Of a DNA stretch of 64,000 nt, positions 1-18,340 are shown piece by piece. The translations under genes and the position numbers were made by a program. Each line of letters opens with the position of its first letter. The stretch's first letter is position 1. Where the stretch lies: the NCBI GenBank assembly GCA_951406725.2, contig OX597819.1:123442001-123506000 (forward strand), in the 5' to 3' direction. This stretch comes from Octopus vulgaris. Taxonomy: Eukaryota. The notes beneath the pieces were generated by a model, which worked only from the letters and a program-made list of their open reading frames with translations, did not search any database and had not been told where the DNA came from.

Positions 1-250
1 AAATAGTATTCTTACGCTGAACCTCTCTCTGGCGAGACGAAAGACGTTTGTAAACCACACTTTGAACATATTCTTTCTCATCCATGACATCTTATTTGGA
101 CACCAAAGTTTAGATAGATTAAATTTCGTGTAACCCTTGAAAGTTCTTAGATTTTCGGAATGATACACGTGAAAGGACTTCATTTTATATCACCATCGGC
201 AATTTTTGGAAGTGTTAAACACCGGTGTTGAATTTTCTTCTCGAGAAATA

Positions 251-1539
251 CGAGGGACGTTCAATAAGTAATGCCTCTGACTCACTTGCAGTTGTTTGAT
301 CTAGCTGAAATTTTGCATGTGCAATTATTTATATCTCTATAGAGTAAGTGACAAATTACAGCTCTGAATTAATTGTGGTTTCTGATTTACAGGTGTTTGA
401 ACCGAGTCAAGTGTGAAATGGAGCCTGTTGAGTGTCGGGCAGTGATCCGGTTTTTGTATTTGAAAGGACGCACACCACGGGAGACTTTTGATGAAATGAA
501 AGTAACTTATGGTGATGATGCCCCATCATATGACCTTGTAAAACGCTGGCATCGTGAATTCAGACATGGTCGGAACTCTGTGGAAACAGCTCCCAGATCT
601 GGTCGCCCCCTTCTGCCATTGATGGGGCATCTGTCCGTCAAGTTGAGGCTGCCATTTTGGAAGATCGACGCATAATTATTCGCCAAATAGCCCATGAGGT
701 CAAGATTGGTACCGGGTCTGTGGAAACTATCATTCATGACCATTTGCATATGCAAAAGGTGTCTGCCAGATGGATTCCCAGGTTGCTCACGCCTTTCCAG
801 AAGCAAGAACGCGTCGAGTGCTCGAGGGTGAATTTGGAGACGTGCCAAGAAGATGAGTCAAAATTTTTCAAAAGACTGATTACACAGGATGAAACCTGGG
901 TCGATCACGATGATCCAGAGACCAAAGCCCAGTCAATGCAGTGGAAGCACTGTGACTCACCCCCTCCAAAGAAGGCAAGGGTGCAGCCCTCCGCTGGCAA
1001 GGTCATGCTCAGTCTTCTGGGACCAGGACGGAGTAGTGATGACAGATTTCCTGGAAAAGGGTACCACAATTGCAGGAGCCTATTATCCTTCACTTTTGAG
1101 GAAATTAAGAGAAGTTATCAAAATCAAGAGGCGGAGCAAGATCAGCAAAGGCATCCTCTTCCTGCAGGACAACGCTCCGGTCCACAACTCGCTTGTCGCC
1201 AGATCAGAAGCACAGGCGTATGGCTATGAACTCCTCCCCATCCCCCCTACTTTCCTGACCTTGCACCCTCTGATTTTCACCTCTTCCCAATCATGAAGTT
1301 GTTTTTGAAAGGAAAGCGTTTCCCAGATGATGCAGCCTTGATTTCTGAAGTCACGTTGAGGTTGGAGGACCAAGCTGGGTTCTTCTACAAAAACGGTCTC
1401 CAGAGCCGCATCAAACGATGGGAGAAATGCGTAACTCTGGGTGGTTCCTATGTAGAAAAAGACTAATAACTGTGCCAAGTTTCGTTGCTCTACTGCTATG
1501 GGAAGTGGGTCATGGGCATTACTTATTGAACGCCCCTCG
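251..1539 (+). mobile_element. Full-length mariner (DD34D-type) DNA transposon
   Basis: TIRs CGAGGG(A/G)CGTTCAATAAGTAATGCC at both ends; TA duplications at 249-250 and 1540-1541; 1289 bp. Confidence 0.95.
418..1466 (+). pseudogene. Frameshifted mariner transposase
   Basis: MEPVECRAVIRFLYLKG..., WIPRLL, ITQDETW, FLQDNAP, PDLAPSDFHLF spread over several frames. Confidence 0.92.
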
Positions 1540-1833
1540 TAAAAGTTCTAGCAAGTGTTCGCTTCTAGAAAAGAGCAATTTCATCAAAATCGTTTACTTT
1601 CTCTGGTGTATAACTCACTTCGCAAATTATTTTCTTCGACTGCTCAGAAAATTAGTTGCAGCCTTTTTATTACCGATCGCAGTCTCATCACTTATTTTTA
1701 TGTTGTGTACATTCATGAGATTCTTAAACATTTTAAAACCCGCCTTTACTAACCCCAAAAAGAATTTTCATTCGAAGTTTCACCTTTTTTCTGTAAGTCA
1801 CCATATAAATTTTTAGTTTCTTTTTGAAATACC

Positions 1834-2249
1834 TATTTCTTTACGACCCACAAGTGGCTAAACACAGAGAGGACAAACAAGGACAGACAAACAGATTAAG
1901 TCGATTATATCGACTCCAGTACGTAACTGGTACTTATTTAGTCGACCCCGAAAGGATGAAAGGCAAAGTCGACCTCGGCGGAATTTGAGCTCAGAACGTA
2001 GCAGCAGACGAAATACCTATTTCTTTATTACCCACAAGGGACTAAACACAGAGAGGACAAACAAGGACAGACAAATGGATTAAGTCAATTATATCGACCC
2101 CAGTACGTAACTGGTACTTATTTAATCGACCCCGAAAGGATGAATGACAAAGTCGACCTCGGCGGAGTTTGAACTCACAACGTTGCGACAGGTGAAATAC
2201 CGCTAAGGATTTCGCCCGGCCTGCTAACGTTTCTGCCAGCTCGCCGCCT
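1834..2249 (-). mobile_element. Same SINE family, dimer
   Basis: Two units with one head; TSD tttctttttgaaatacc. Confidence 0.9.
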
Positions 2250-3167
2250 TACTATTTCTTTTTGAAATACCATTGTGTTTATCAACACATGAGGCTGATT
2301 CTGATCTTCGATCCATAGACTCCAAAATCGTTCCATTTTAAGCATCACATTAGATCTATGGACAAATAAAGGTCGGGTATGGACAATAAACAGAGTAACT
2401 TCTTGAGTACGTGTCATAATTTTGTTGTTACGTATTGTTCCCACTGTAGACTTTGCTATATTTAATATTGTGACAATACCACTTAGTTTCAGTCCTGCAT
2501 CAAGTTTTTTTTTAAAACTTCAAATTTAATATCCATAGTTCTTTCTTTACAGTTTTTTTTTACATTATTACCTTCAGGTCTGCATGATAACCTCTTCCCA
2601 GACATCTTAAATTGAAAGCGTACCCAATACTAGCAACGATTAATTTTCCGCAACATATATGTAGTATAAAACTTCGCCCAAGGAACATCTGATTTGTAAA
2701 AGCAGAAAAATATGTTATTCCTATTGATTTAATAATAAAAACGAGATGAAATGATGAAGGAATGCGGAAGAGAAAGTCCAGATAGCTGACGTGTCACCAA
2801 ATGTTATCGGCAATTCGCCTTTTCCAATTCCGAGCTAGGACATAAATACACACACATACACACATACACACACACGGACACACACACATGCACACAAACA
2901 TGCTTATATATACATTCATACGCACACATATGTACTGTTGTATCTGTTTAGTCAAAAGTCACTACTGATAGATCTAAGGTCAGAGAGATTTCATTTATCT
3001 ATTAAATACCCAGGGACACCACGTTATATGTTTTTATTTGAAATCGGCTTCCTATTATATATTATAGCTGTTGTTGGTGGCTGTGTTCGCGTTGGTGATA
3101 AACAACATGCATACATAACTATACATACAGATTATATATACATATATATATGTATATATATATATAT

Positions 3168-3324
3168 ATATGGAGGGCGTAAAGAGAGAGAGAATGATTC
3201 ACATAAATCGATAAAAACCTTGGCTCTAAAAGTACAATATGTGTATGTGTGTGTGTGTGTGTGTATACATGTAACATGTAAAAATAGAAAGCAGGCTTAA
3301 AGTTTTCAGATGATTAATAAATAG

Positions 3325-3385
<61 letters not shown>

Positions 3386-3437
3386 ACTCTGTGTGTGTGT
3401 GTGTGTATGTATGAATTTATGTACGTATGTATATATC

Positions 3438-3497
<60 letters not shown>

Positions 3498-3559
3498 CAT
3501 AGATATATACATACATACATACATACATACATACATACATACATACATACATACATACA

Positions 3560-3596
<37 letters not shown>

Positions 3597-3745
3597 CTAT
3601 TTATTAATCATCTGAAAACTTTAAGCCTTCTTTCTATTTTTACATGTTATATGTATACACAGACACACACACATATTGTACTTTAAGAGCCAAGGTTTTT
3701 ATCGATTTACGTGAATCATTCTCTGTCTCTTTACGCCCTCCATAT
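3168..3745. repeat. Inverted repeat (~160-bp arms) around a (TA)n/(TG)n/(ACAT)n spacer
   Basis: 3168-3330 is the reverse complement of 3590-3745. Confidence 0.9.
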
Positions 3746-3934
3746 ATAAATATATATATATCAATTAAATATAGAGATATCCTATTGACAATCCAGTAAT
3801 TTATTTATATTATAATATTACATTAAATACTATAAATATAATATATAACATAACATAATATTATATAATCTAAAGAATTATGAAAACCATAAAAGGCCAA
3901 CAAATTGTTTCGACTTATTATTTTTTTTTTTTCT

Positions 3935-4618
3935 AGTTTCAGTTCAGAGCTGCGGCCATGCTGATGCACCGCCGTGCTGTGCTACACTGTTATTACGACG
4001 AACCTCGTCTAATATGTGGCACTTGGTGAAGAATGGAGTTTGATACAGCTACTCTCATTTGCACCTCTTGCCGTGAGGTAGGTTCATCTGGGACTCTTGA
4101 CAGGAAGATATCCAGCTTTGATTTTAAAACCGCTAAATCTACTTTGTGCAAGTTCCTCAGACTCTTTGGGAGAATATTAAAAAGCTATGGGCCCTTGAAA
4201 CCCAGGCTGTTGCAGAAGCTGGTCCTGAAGCGTGATGGCATTGCTGGGATCTTTGGCACTATGCAGTGTCGTCCTTTTCTAGCATTGGTGTAGCTTACAA
4301 TGCCAAAATTTGGCACAGTTCCTCCAGGATCTTCCAGACATATATTACTGCATACCTCTCCCGTCTTCTCTCCAGGAAGTAGAGTCTTAGCTGTTTCAAC
4401 CTTTCCCAGTAGCTGAGCTGTTGCAAAGAGACGACCTTCTTTGTGAATCTTCTCTGGATTGCTTCAAGGTCCGCTGTTAATTTTACACTGGTGGGTGACC
4501 ATAGCTGTGAGCAGTAATCCAGGCGACTGAGGACGAATGTCCGCCAGAGGACCATCATGGTTTCCTTATCTCTGGTTCTGAATGTTCTTAGGATCCACCC
4601 AGCCAGTCGTCTGCACTT
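3935..4618 (-). mobile_element. LINE 3' fragment (CR1/L2-like RT C-terminus)
   Basis: LWRTFVLSRLDYCSQLWSP...LEAIQRRFTK...LSYWERLKQLRLY.LERRRERY. Confidence 0.85.
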
Positions 4619-5998
4619 ATATATATATTTCTGATATACGTAATCACAGTTCCATATTTAATTTATCCTTATAATTTAACTTATCTTTATTACTGAATTA
4701 TACCAATATTATATGGTATCTAACTGAAGTACCACTGAATTGCATGTTTAACACACGCCTTTGGAGGATTTCTTTTCCTCAGTTTGTTACGTTGTATATG
4801 TTCTTTTACTTGTTTCAGTCATTTGACTGCGGCCATGCTGGAGCGGCGCCTTTAGTCGAGCAAATCGATCCCAGGACTTATTCATTGCAAGCCTAGTACT
4901 TATTCTATCGGTCTCTCTTTTGCCGAACTGCTAGGTTACGGGGACGTAAACACACCAGCATCGGTTGTCAAGCGATGTTGGGGGGACAAACACAGACACA
5001 CAAACATACACACACACATACATATATGTGACCTCGTGTGTACCGTTGGCGATTTTGTTTCCTCTGTCTTCCCTTCTCTGAATCTTTCCTTCTCCTATGT
5101 TTCCGACGAAGAGCTCCGCTCGAAACGTTAAACCCTCATTCTTCCCTTCTTTCCTAAGCGTCCAATAATACTATATTTGTTCCACGTTTCGCGTTGTTGT
5201 GTTTTTTGTCTTTTCTTGTTTCGATTAACTATATATATATATATACATATATCCGACGGGCTTCTTTCTGTTTCCGTCTACCAAATCCACACGCAAGACT
5301 TTGGTCGGCCCAAGGCTATAGTCGAAGACACTTGCCCAAGGTGCCACGCAGTGGGAACGAACCCGGAACCATGTGGTCGGTAAGCAAGTTACTTACCTCA
5401 CAGCCACTCCTACGCCTCAAAAATTTCAGGCCCAGGGTTCAGTAGTGAGTTAGGGATTCTAGACTTGAAATGGGTCTGAATATAGTTTACATTTATTAGT
5501 TGCCTTGACATATGGTTGGGTTTTTCAATTATTTTCCATTTACTCAAATGTGGTGTTGCATTACATTTTAAAATCCATACGTGGTTAGCAAACTTAGTCT
5601 CTTTGCTTTCGTCCTTATGTCAGAAGGTGGACTGAATTAGCGGTTTTTAAATTCTCCTTCATGTAATCCAATACAGACCTTATCTATTGTTTTATAATCT
5701 AGCATTGCAGTAATTTCTGCTTCGTGACAGATTTTATCATATATCGTTTGTCAAGTAGACAGCAAGTAGACAGGACCCTGTCATTTAAATAAAAAAAAAA
5801 CCGATAGCTAATATTAGTAACAGAATGTCTAGCCTCGCTTTCTATATAGAAAGTTTCGAGAAGTAATCTCCTACTATAACAATGTACTAGCCAATAGTGG
5901 CTGCAAAATATAAATTAATATATAATCCCTGTAATGTTAATCAGAACGATAATGATTGATCTATTGGCTTCAAAAATAAAGTAATACAAAAACCCTCC

Positions 5999-6055
<57 letters not shown>

Positions 6056-6235
6056 TAAATAAATAAATAAATAATAACAATAATGTTCTGACGCAGTACC
6101 AGGCGGTGGCTCTCGTGGCTATATATATATATTCATAAATGAGGGTGAAAAATTAGATATTAATTTAATAATCACCATCAGTTTAACACAAAGTGGCTTA
6201 GCACATAAAAAACCAGGGAGACAATACAAATTTAT

Positions 6236-6660
6236 ACATAAATATAAGAGAGTTACCGCTAAGTGGTTAACTCTAGTGCTAGAAATAGCTCCTTATTCTG
6301 GTATAGCCACCGATGTTGTTTCCACAAAGAAATAACATTACCTTCAACGTAAGGAAAGTGAAATACAACGAAAAGATAGATTAATGCTGAACAATTGTTT
6401 CTTTATTAATATAATATGCAATTATACTCACATATTTATCTGGTGATGATTTATAGATAAATATGTGAGTATAATTGCATATTATATTAATAAAGAAACA
6501 ATTGTTCAGCATTAATCTATCTTTTCGTTGTATTTCACTTTCCTTACGTTGAAGGTAATGTTGTTTCTTTGTGGAAACAACTTCGGTGGCTATACCAGAA
6601 TAAGGAGCTATTTTTAGCACTAGAGTTAACCACTTAGCGGTAACTCTCTTATATTTATGT
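6236..6660. repeat. Near-perfect inverted repeat, ~205-bp arms, 13-nt spacer
   Basis: 6236-6441 is the reverse complement of 6455-6660 with about 3 mismatches. Confidence 0.95.
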
Positions 6661-7149
6661 TATGTATGTATGTATGTATGTATGTATTTAAATGCAATGT
6701 TTTATCCTTTTATGTGTAGCATTGTCTCCATCTCTGCTCACTTGTAACCCTTATAACCATTCTTAACCTGATGACCTGTTCCTCGGAAAGATATCAGAGT
6801 GTAATTTCAAATTATTTGAGCGGTTCTAAGTATTTTCTGTGCCGAGATTTCCCATACATAACTATATAATATTATCTCGGCATTTGTCACATTTTCTTTA
6901 CACTTTCTCTTACAGTTTATGACCGATTTGTGTATTCTTCAGTATATACTGATACATAAGATGCTCTTCTGTAAAAGATGCATGACTATTTTACAGGAAC
7001 AGGTATATTTTTTCCATTTTCTGTCATGTATTTCCGAACTGTAAACGGCGTTGGAGAGTATAAAAATTAAAGTTGTAGATGAGCACATGTTAGCTTGCTC
7101 AATGCTCTGTTAACACTGTACAGACTGTGAGACATTATATGGACATCTA

Positions 7150-7420
7150 TGAAAAATGTCAGAAATGGTTGTCGGAGAATTTCTACGACTTCATCAGATC
7201 CAATTTCTGGTCTCGTAATTCCCGCGATCATAATCTCATGGACTACTATGTATGAGGCGTAGTTTAGAGAGGCACTAAATATTTTGCCTGCAACACCAAG
7301 GCCGAGTAAGTGGCCAAGATGAACGAGGCTTTCGAAGGTCTTCCTAGGAAAACAAAGAGGAAGGCAGGCACCAGATTCCGGAGCCGTCTTGATGCCATGA
7401 TGAAATCTGAGTGCACCAAC
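7150..7420 (+). mobile_element. Degraded C-terminal fragment of a maT/DD37D-like transposase
   Basis: Translates KCQKWLSENFYDF...FWSRNSRDHNLMDYYV*GVV...RFRSRLDAM, resembling WPPNSPDLNPMDYYVWG. Confidence 0.65.
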
Positions 7421-9214
7421 TTGGCAGAAACTATTATCTCTCAGAAATAATCCAGCTGATATTAGTTTTAAAGATAATTATACTTGTAGACGGGATACTA
7501 CGGTTTCTTTTCCTGTTCTGAAAAGTGCCAAATTTAGCCAGAATAAAGAAATTTAGTGTTTCATCATACACTTATTGGAAAATATTTTAAAGTAGATTCG
7601 TAAGGGAAAATTTATGATCCTTTGCATCAAAATATAGGATGTAAAACTCAGACCTCTATCTATGATATTTTATGTAACCGCAATCATTCATCAGGGCTGC
7701 TCACCATCGCTATGGGGTTTTGTCATCTATTCATTGCAAATAGTTGACGTGGCGAATTAAATTTACATGTTTCTCTTATCTTTCTCGGAGAAGTTTTCAT
7801 TTTGAAAATTAAAATAGTTTCTTAAATGTAATACGGTCCTGGAATAATGCCAGAAGTATTTCAGAATTTGGTTACGTATACTAAGAAATGAGGTATAATG
7901 CGATGATATGATTTCTCTACATAACAACTACAGTACTTTATCAACTATTATAAATTTGTGCTAACAGATCCTGACAGTTTTTGTTTTTTTCTTAATATTT
8001 TATTATCAGTAACAATAATAATGCTTACCAGTTTTATGTTCATCCGACTTCCAGGGTTACAACATTCGGTCTCCTGTCCGTAATACAGCTGCGATCTTTT
8101 GATGCGTTCTTAAATAAAATACGCTTCTCATAATCCAGCAAATACGGTATATATTCTGTTAATTCTTCGTGCGCGATAAAGCAGATGTATATACTATAGG
8201 TGGATATACTCATGGTTGTTTATCTTATAATTTGAGCGGTTTACATATTTTCGAAATTATATTTTGTGTCTGTCCTCGATTTGCTTTGAAAACATGTGAT
8301 TTATGAGCTTCGTAAATTTCATCTGATGGAACATCCGTTATACGTGTAATAGTCTCATATATTATTCTATTATTTGTGAAGGACGAAATCTTTGGTATGT
8401 TTTCTCGTCCATTAAGTCGTTGGGGCTTATAGTTTCGTATATACATTACAATATATAATCGTTAATTCGGTGAATTCTTCATATGACATATTTCAGTTTT
8501 TGATAGGGGTTGTTTATAATAAACATATTGTTTCCTCTCTTTTTTGTCACTCTCTCCAGATGTGTAAAATAATTTATTATTTACTAACTTAAAACCTGCC
8601 CTGTCGGGCACCTTTACAGCCAGCTCCGGTGGCGGAATCTTCATTAGGCCATGGGCCCAACAATTACACTTCATGCATTGACTAAATATTAAATTGTATT
8701 AAACTTGGACAATATTTTTCAAGCAACCAACAATTTTCATCAAATCAATGATATAATTTGTCGACTTGGAAATTATTGCAAAGCTGCATTTTAAACAACA
8801 ATACCAGAACCATCGCCTCCACATCTGCCACACACTTTTAGTGACAATTATAAATCTCCTTTACTGAGAAAAATTGCAGCCTGTTGCTTGTGTTAATTTT
8901 GTGTGTACACATTTGCGAATCGTTAAACCATCCATAAATGTGGACGACGAAAGCATGTATACTAAGAGAGAAACAGGTCTGGAAATAGTCAAATACCGAG
9001 CTAGCTTAACTGATGAGGTAACGGAAATTGCCGAAACTGATATTAGTTGTAAGATTCCTCGATCGGTGTTTTTCGGACAATCATGGTCCCTGTTAACGTA
9101 TATTTTTCATTTATGAGCGTTAACTACAGCATTAGTGCATTTTAGCTATTATTTCTAGCAATGTAGTCGTTTTTAACACCCAAGTCACGCACAAACACAT
9201 ACACACACACACAC

Positions 9215-9269
<55 letters not shown>

Positions 9270-9285
9270 ATAGATACTTATACAA

Positions 9286-9353
<68 letters not shown>

Positions 9354-9741
9354 AGTGTTTACGAAAAAAGCAAAAGACGAAGACAGGTGGTGTACAAAAC
9401 AAACAGATGTATTATTATAACGCTCAGGAATAGAAAAAGTCTTTTACGTTTCGAGCCTACGCTCTTCTACAGAAAGGGAAACAGAAAATATACATAGATA
9501 CATGTATATGTACAGGAATGTGAGTAAGTGGGTGTGTGTGCTAATATGTTAATGTCTAGATAGTGGTCTATCAATGCTGATTGGTGCAATCAGTATAAAC
9601 AAATAGAGCGGTATTTCACACTTCAACAGAAGGTTTTACATGTATAATACCAGGAAAAGGTAAGTCAATATTTCTACTCGATATATAACGCTGATTTCCG
9701 TACCTCCTTATATTTTTATTGATATATATTCTGTTAATACT

Positions 9742-14549
<4,808 letters not shown>

Positions 14550-15305
14550 CTGTTAGTAAAGAATACAAATAAAATATCTCATTATATTCGGTATTTCCGT
14601 AATATTGTTGCTAAAGTAACTCCTTCGAAAAGTCAAATATTTAAACAATATTAACATTCAAATATGAGATTGGTGATCACCTCTCGCATATATTTTGTCT
14701 CTCATTCTTCAATGGTCGACTCTATTCTTACGTGTAAATTATAAAAATTAAATGTATGTCGCGGTGACCTACCCGGAATACTGGGGCATTATGCTGATGT
14801 AGAGAGAAGATATAAGGCTGGCTGTGATGTATAGGAACACGTAAACTACTTTGTTTAGAGCCGCGTGTTCCAGAATAAAGAACAGAATGTCAACTTTGCT
14901 TAATAATTAATATCAAATCCTGTATAGCCAGTGACAATATTCCCAAAATTGAAATGGAACATTGGAGACATATTTGCGAAAGTGATCTGACATGAAACAG
15001 CGTGCTTTAACTAAATCAACATCACCTGGAAGTCATATGTTAGCCATTCAAAAACACACAATGGCTCTTGACTTTAATTAAACATTTATTATTTGGTATC
15101 AAAATTTTCGTCGCATTAATGGCGACCTACTCACACACGCAAGCCTATCGGTTCAAAAGTAATAATTCACAGTAAAATACATATTGGAAATAATACGAAA
15201 CCTTCGACTTTATATCAAAATTACAGCCTGTTACAAGCCATTGGAAAGAATAGTAACTAAAACATCAATACCAAAAAATACTGATAATCCTTTCTTTTAT
15301 ACATA

Positions 15306-15952
15306 GGATCTTTACCTTTTGACCGACAGATTTAAAACATAATTTTTTGTAACTAAACACTTTCAAACTTCGGACACTGGTAGAATGTGTCATATAAAAC
15401 ATATTTTACACTTAGCATTTTTGAGAAAGACTTATATTTACGAAGTTATTTCACGTTAAAGTTGTCGTATTCCGGTAATTTCAACCAATCAATGACTTGT
15501 ATTCAGCTGAATAAAATTACTGCCGTTGTTTGTTAACAACTAACGGCGGTGTATTTTTCGTTTGTCACTGTTATTTATGACATCGTTCATGCGTTTGTAT
15601 TGGTTTTAGCATTAAGGTTTTAGGGTTAGGGTTTTAGAGTTAGGGTTAGGGTTAGGGTTTTAGGTTTAGGGTTGTCATAAATAACAGTGACAAAGAAAAT
15701 ATACACCGCCGGAAGTTCTTGTTGACAAACAACAGCAGTAATTTTATTCAGCTGATTACACGACATTGATTGGTTGAAATTACCGAAATAGAAGAACTTT
15801 AACTTGAAATAACGTCGTAAACATAAGTTTTTCTCAAAAATGCTAAGAGTAAAATATATTTTATAAGACACATTCTACCAGTGTCCGAAGTTTGAATGTG
15901 TTTAGTTACAAAAAAATATTTTTTAAATCTGTCGGTCAAAAGGTAAAGATCC
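15306..15952. mobile_element. Long-TIR MITE (possibly Merlin- or hAT-type) with internal TTAGGG-like repeats
   Basis: ~270-bp inverted arms starting GGATCTTTACCTTTTGACCGACAG; 8-bp TSD tatacata/tatacgta; absent from the paralogous site near 46980. Confidence 0.85.
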
Positions 15953-16529
15953 TATACGTATAATTTAAGAAACTTTTAGAAAGTGGGCTATTTGATCATA
16001 TCGTTCCCAACGTTCACATGTTACTTATTCTATGGATAGCGTAATTCGGTCCAGTAGGTAATGAAATATTAATATCTCGCTGAACTAAGAGTACATCACA
16101 AGCGAACCGACCATAAATACAATAAATGAATCCATAAAATACAACAAAATATAATGTAACTCTCCTGGCAAGAAATAGAAATACATTTAAAGACAAAGAA
16201 ATTGAAAACACGAATTATAGTAGAAAATTAACAGTAGGGAGTGTCTATAAGAAACAAGAAAACAAAGTGTAACACAAGCATACATATTTAGTTTTATTGC
16301 GTTGACGTTAGCTATAAGAATAGGCACAAGGCTAGAAATTTTGTGGCTGCAGCGAGTCGATTATTTCCCCCCAGTGCTCAAGTGGTCCTTGTTTATCAGT
16401 CTCAAATGGATGAAATGCAAAGTTGAAAATGAACTCAGAAAGTAAAGACGGCTGAAATGCCGCTAAGCATCTTATACGTTGTGCTAACGCTGCTGCCAGC
16501 AAGCCATCTGACAGATTGTTATAATAAGT

Positions 16530-16912
16530 GGAGGCGCAATGGCCCAGTGGTTAGGGCAGCGGACTCGCGGTCGTAGGATCGCGGTTTCGATTCCCAGACC
16601 GGGCGTTGTGAGTGTTTATTGAGCGAAAACACCTAAAGCTCCACGAGGCTCCGGTAGGGGGTGGTGGCGATCCCTGCTGTACTCTTTCACCACAACTTTC
16701 TCTCACTCTTACTTCCTGTTTCTGTTGTACCTGTATTTCAAAAGGGCTGGCCTTGTCACTCTCTGTGTCACGCTGAATATCCCCGAGAACTACGTTAAGG
16801 GTACACGTGCCTGTGGAGTGCTCAGCCACTTACACGTTAATTTCACGAGCAGGCTGTTCCGTTGATCGGATCAACCGGAACCCTCATCGTCGTAACCGAC
16901 GGAGTGCTTCCA
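16530..16912 (+). mobile_element. tRNA-derived SINE, family 2 (head GGAGGCGCAATGGCCCAGTGGTTAGG)
   Basis: Pol III A box TGGCCCAGTGG and B-box-like GTTTCGATTCC; TSD tgttataataa; near-identical copies at 30661-31046 and 48975-49356. Confidence 0.9.
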
Positions 16913-18320
16913 TCCATGTTATAATAAACCTTTCTGCTGTCGGCACAAGGCCAATGGTGGTAGTGTGGGCTCAAATACAAGCATATACTTAATCAGCCCT
17001 CAAATTTTTCAAAGGTTTCTTAGTTTTTCACCTTCATACTTAAAACCTATAAATGCTATTGTGTTCATCGTAATAGATAAATATCCTGAGTTTTGAGGCA
17101 TCTTAGCATCAGTTATCAGTTGATCGTATACTGGGGGAAATGTTTTAGGTGTAAAGACAAGAGAGCAAATAATATATTTTTTCATTATTTTAACACAATA
17201 AACATTGATACATGAACATCCCACGGATAACCGTATAAACAGTTATCAGCACAACTTTACAATCGCAATTACACATAGGAATATATTCATACACATATGT
17301 AGACATATATACAGATAGACTGATGCATTTATAGTTATATATAAGAACGGCCATATAGATATGTATACATCCATATGCATAAAGATAAATTCAAATGAAA
17401 AGTATTATATACGTAGCAAAATAATGTATGTGCCAGCTACTAAGGCGTAGTTGCGCGACAAAAATTCTGAAATTTCATCAAATAAACTTAATTTGATTTT
17501 AACAGCTTTTTTGCGTTACTACGTAGGTACAACGACTTCGAAAATACCAATAATATTGTATAAAAGCAAAATATAATAGTGACAGTGTGATTCGAACCAG
17601 CACCAACTTGACAGAACGTTCCCATTCACACATATTTTGACAGAGTGCATGCACAGTTCTTTGTCTCATGCAACAGTTCCCAATAGACACCAGTTTCATT
17701 TCAGTACAGTTAAATATATTAATAAGTAAACAAATAAATTAATAAACGCAAATCCCTGGTTCAAACTCTGGCGGGAGATGTTACAAAAGAAATGCAGGAA
17801 TTGCGCACAATTCTGACAAAAAACAATTTTCAAAGAAAGAAATTTTCAGTGTGAGGATTATTGATGGTACAACCGCAACTAGCAAACATTACGATAGGAA
17901 CCAAGAACAAAGATTACATAAAATGCTTAGTAGGGAGCCTACATATTTTACTGGACCCGCAAGAAATTTCAACCAAAACTTCCCTATATCCCATTAGATA
18001 AGAGGGAAATTATATGACGTGATGGCCACGAATAGAATATAATTTGGTCATTGACATTTTTGTTAATCGCTCATGTAAATTAAAGTACAATAATATCCAT
18101 TTCAAAGTCGCGTTTCTCCTATGTTTTAGAATAAAATTTCACGCAAACTAGATTTTGATATTATTGATATGATGAAAGTAAAGAAAAATCTCAAAACGAA
18201 TTGTCGTTATTTTTAGCGCTATATATCAAGAGATTGATCGTTGTAGTTCTTTGTGTCACATTTCATAAACAAAATGAAAAAAACATCAATTATAAATTTT
18301 CTACTAAGCATGTAACTTAC

Positions 18321-18340
18321 CTGGAAATTCTGAATGAGAG
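18321..18340 (-). other. Paralog A 20-nt upstream micro-exon (probably 5' UTR)
   Basis: ttttgtatgttttcag|CTCTCATTCAGAATTTCCAG|gtaagt; 19/20 identical to 49455-49474; the ATG exon begins directly at an acceptor, so an upstream exon is required. Confidence 0.65.

Noticed and set aside
8596-8681. Cys-containing minus-strand segment QCMKCNCWAHG... as a further exon of paralog A
   Set aside because: The acceptor would be phase 2 (incompatible), the donor is weak, and no homolog exists in the other units.
15615-15673. Chromosome end or telomere fusion
   Set aside because: Short degenerate tract inside a TSD-flanked MITE.
16530-16605. tRNA gene
   Set aside because: tRNA-like head of a multi-copy SINE with TSDs; no proper cloverleaf end or terminator.
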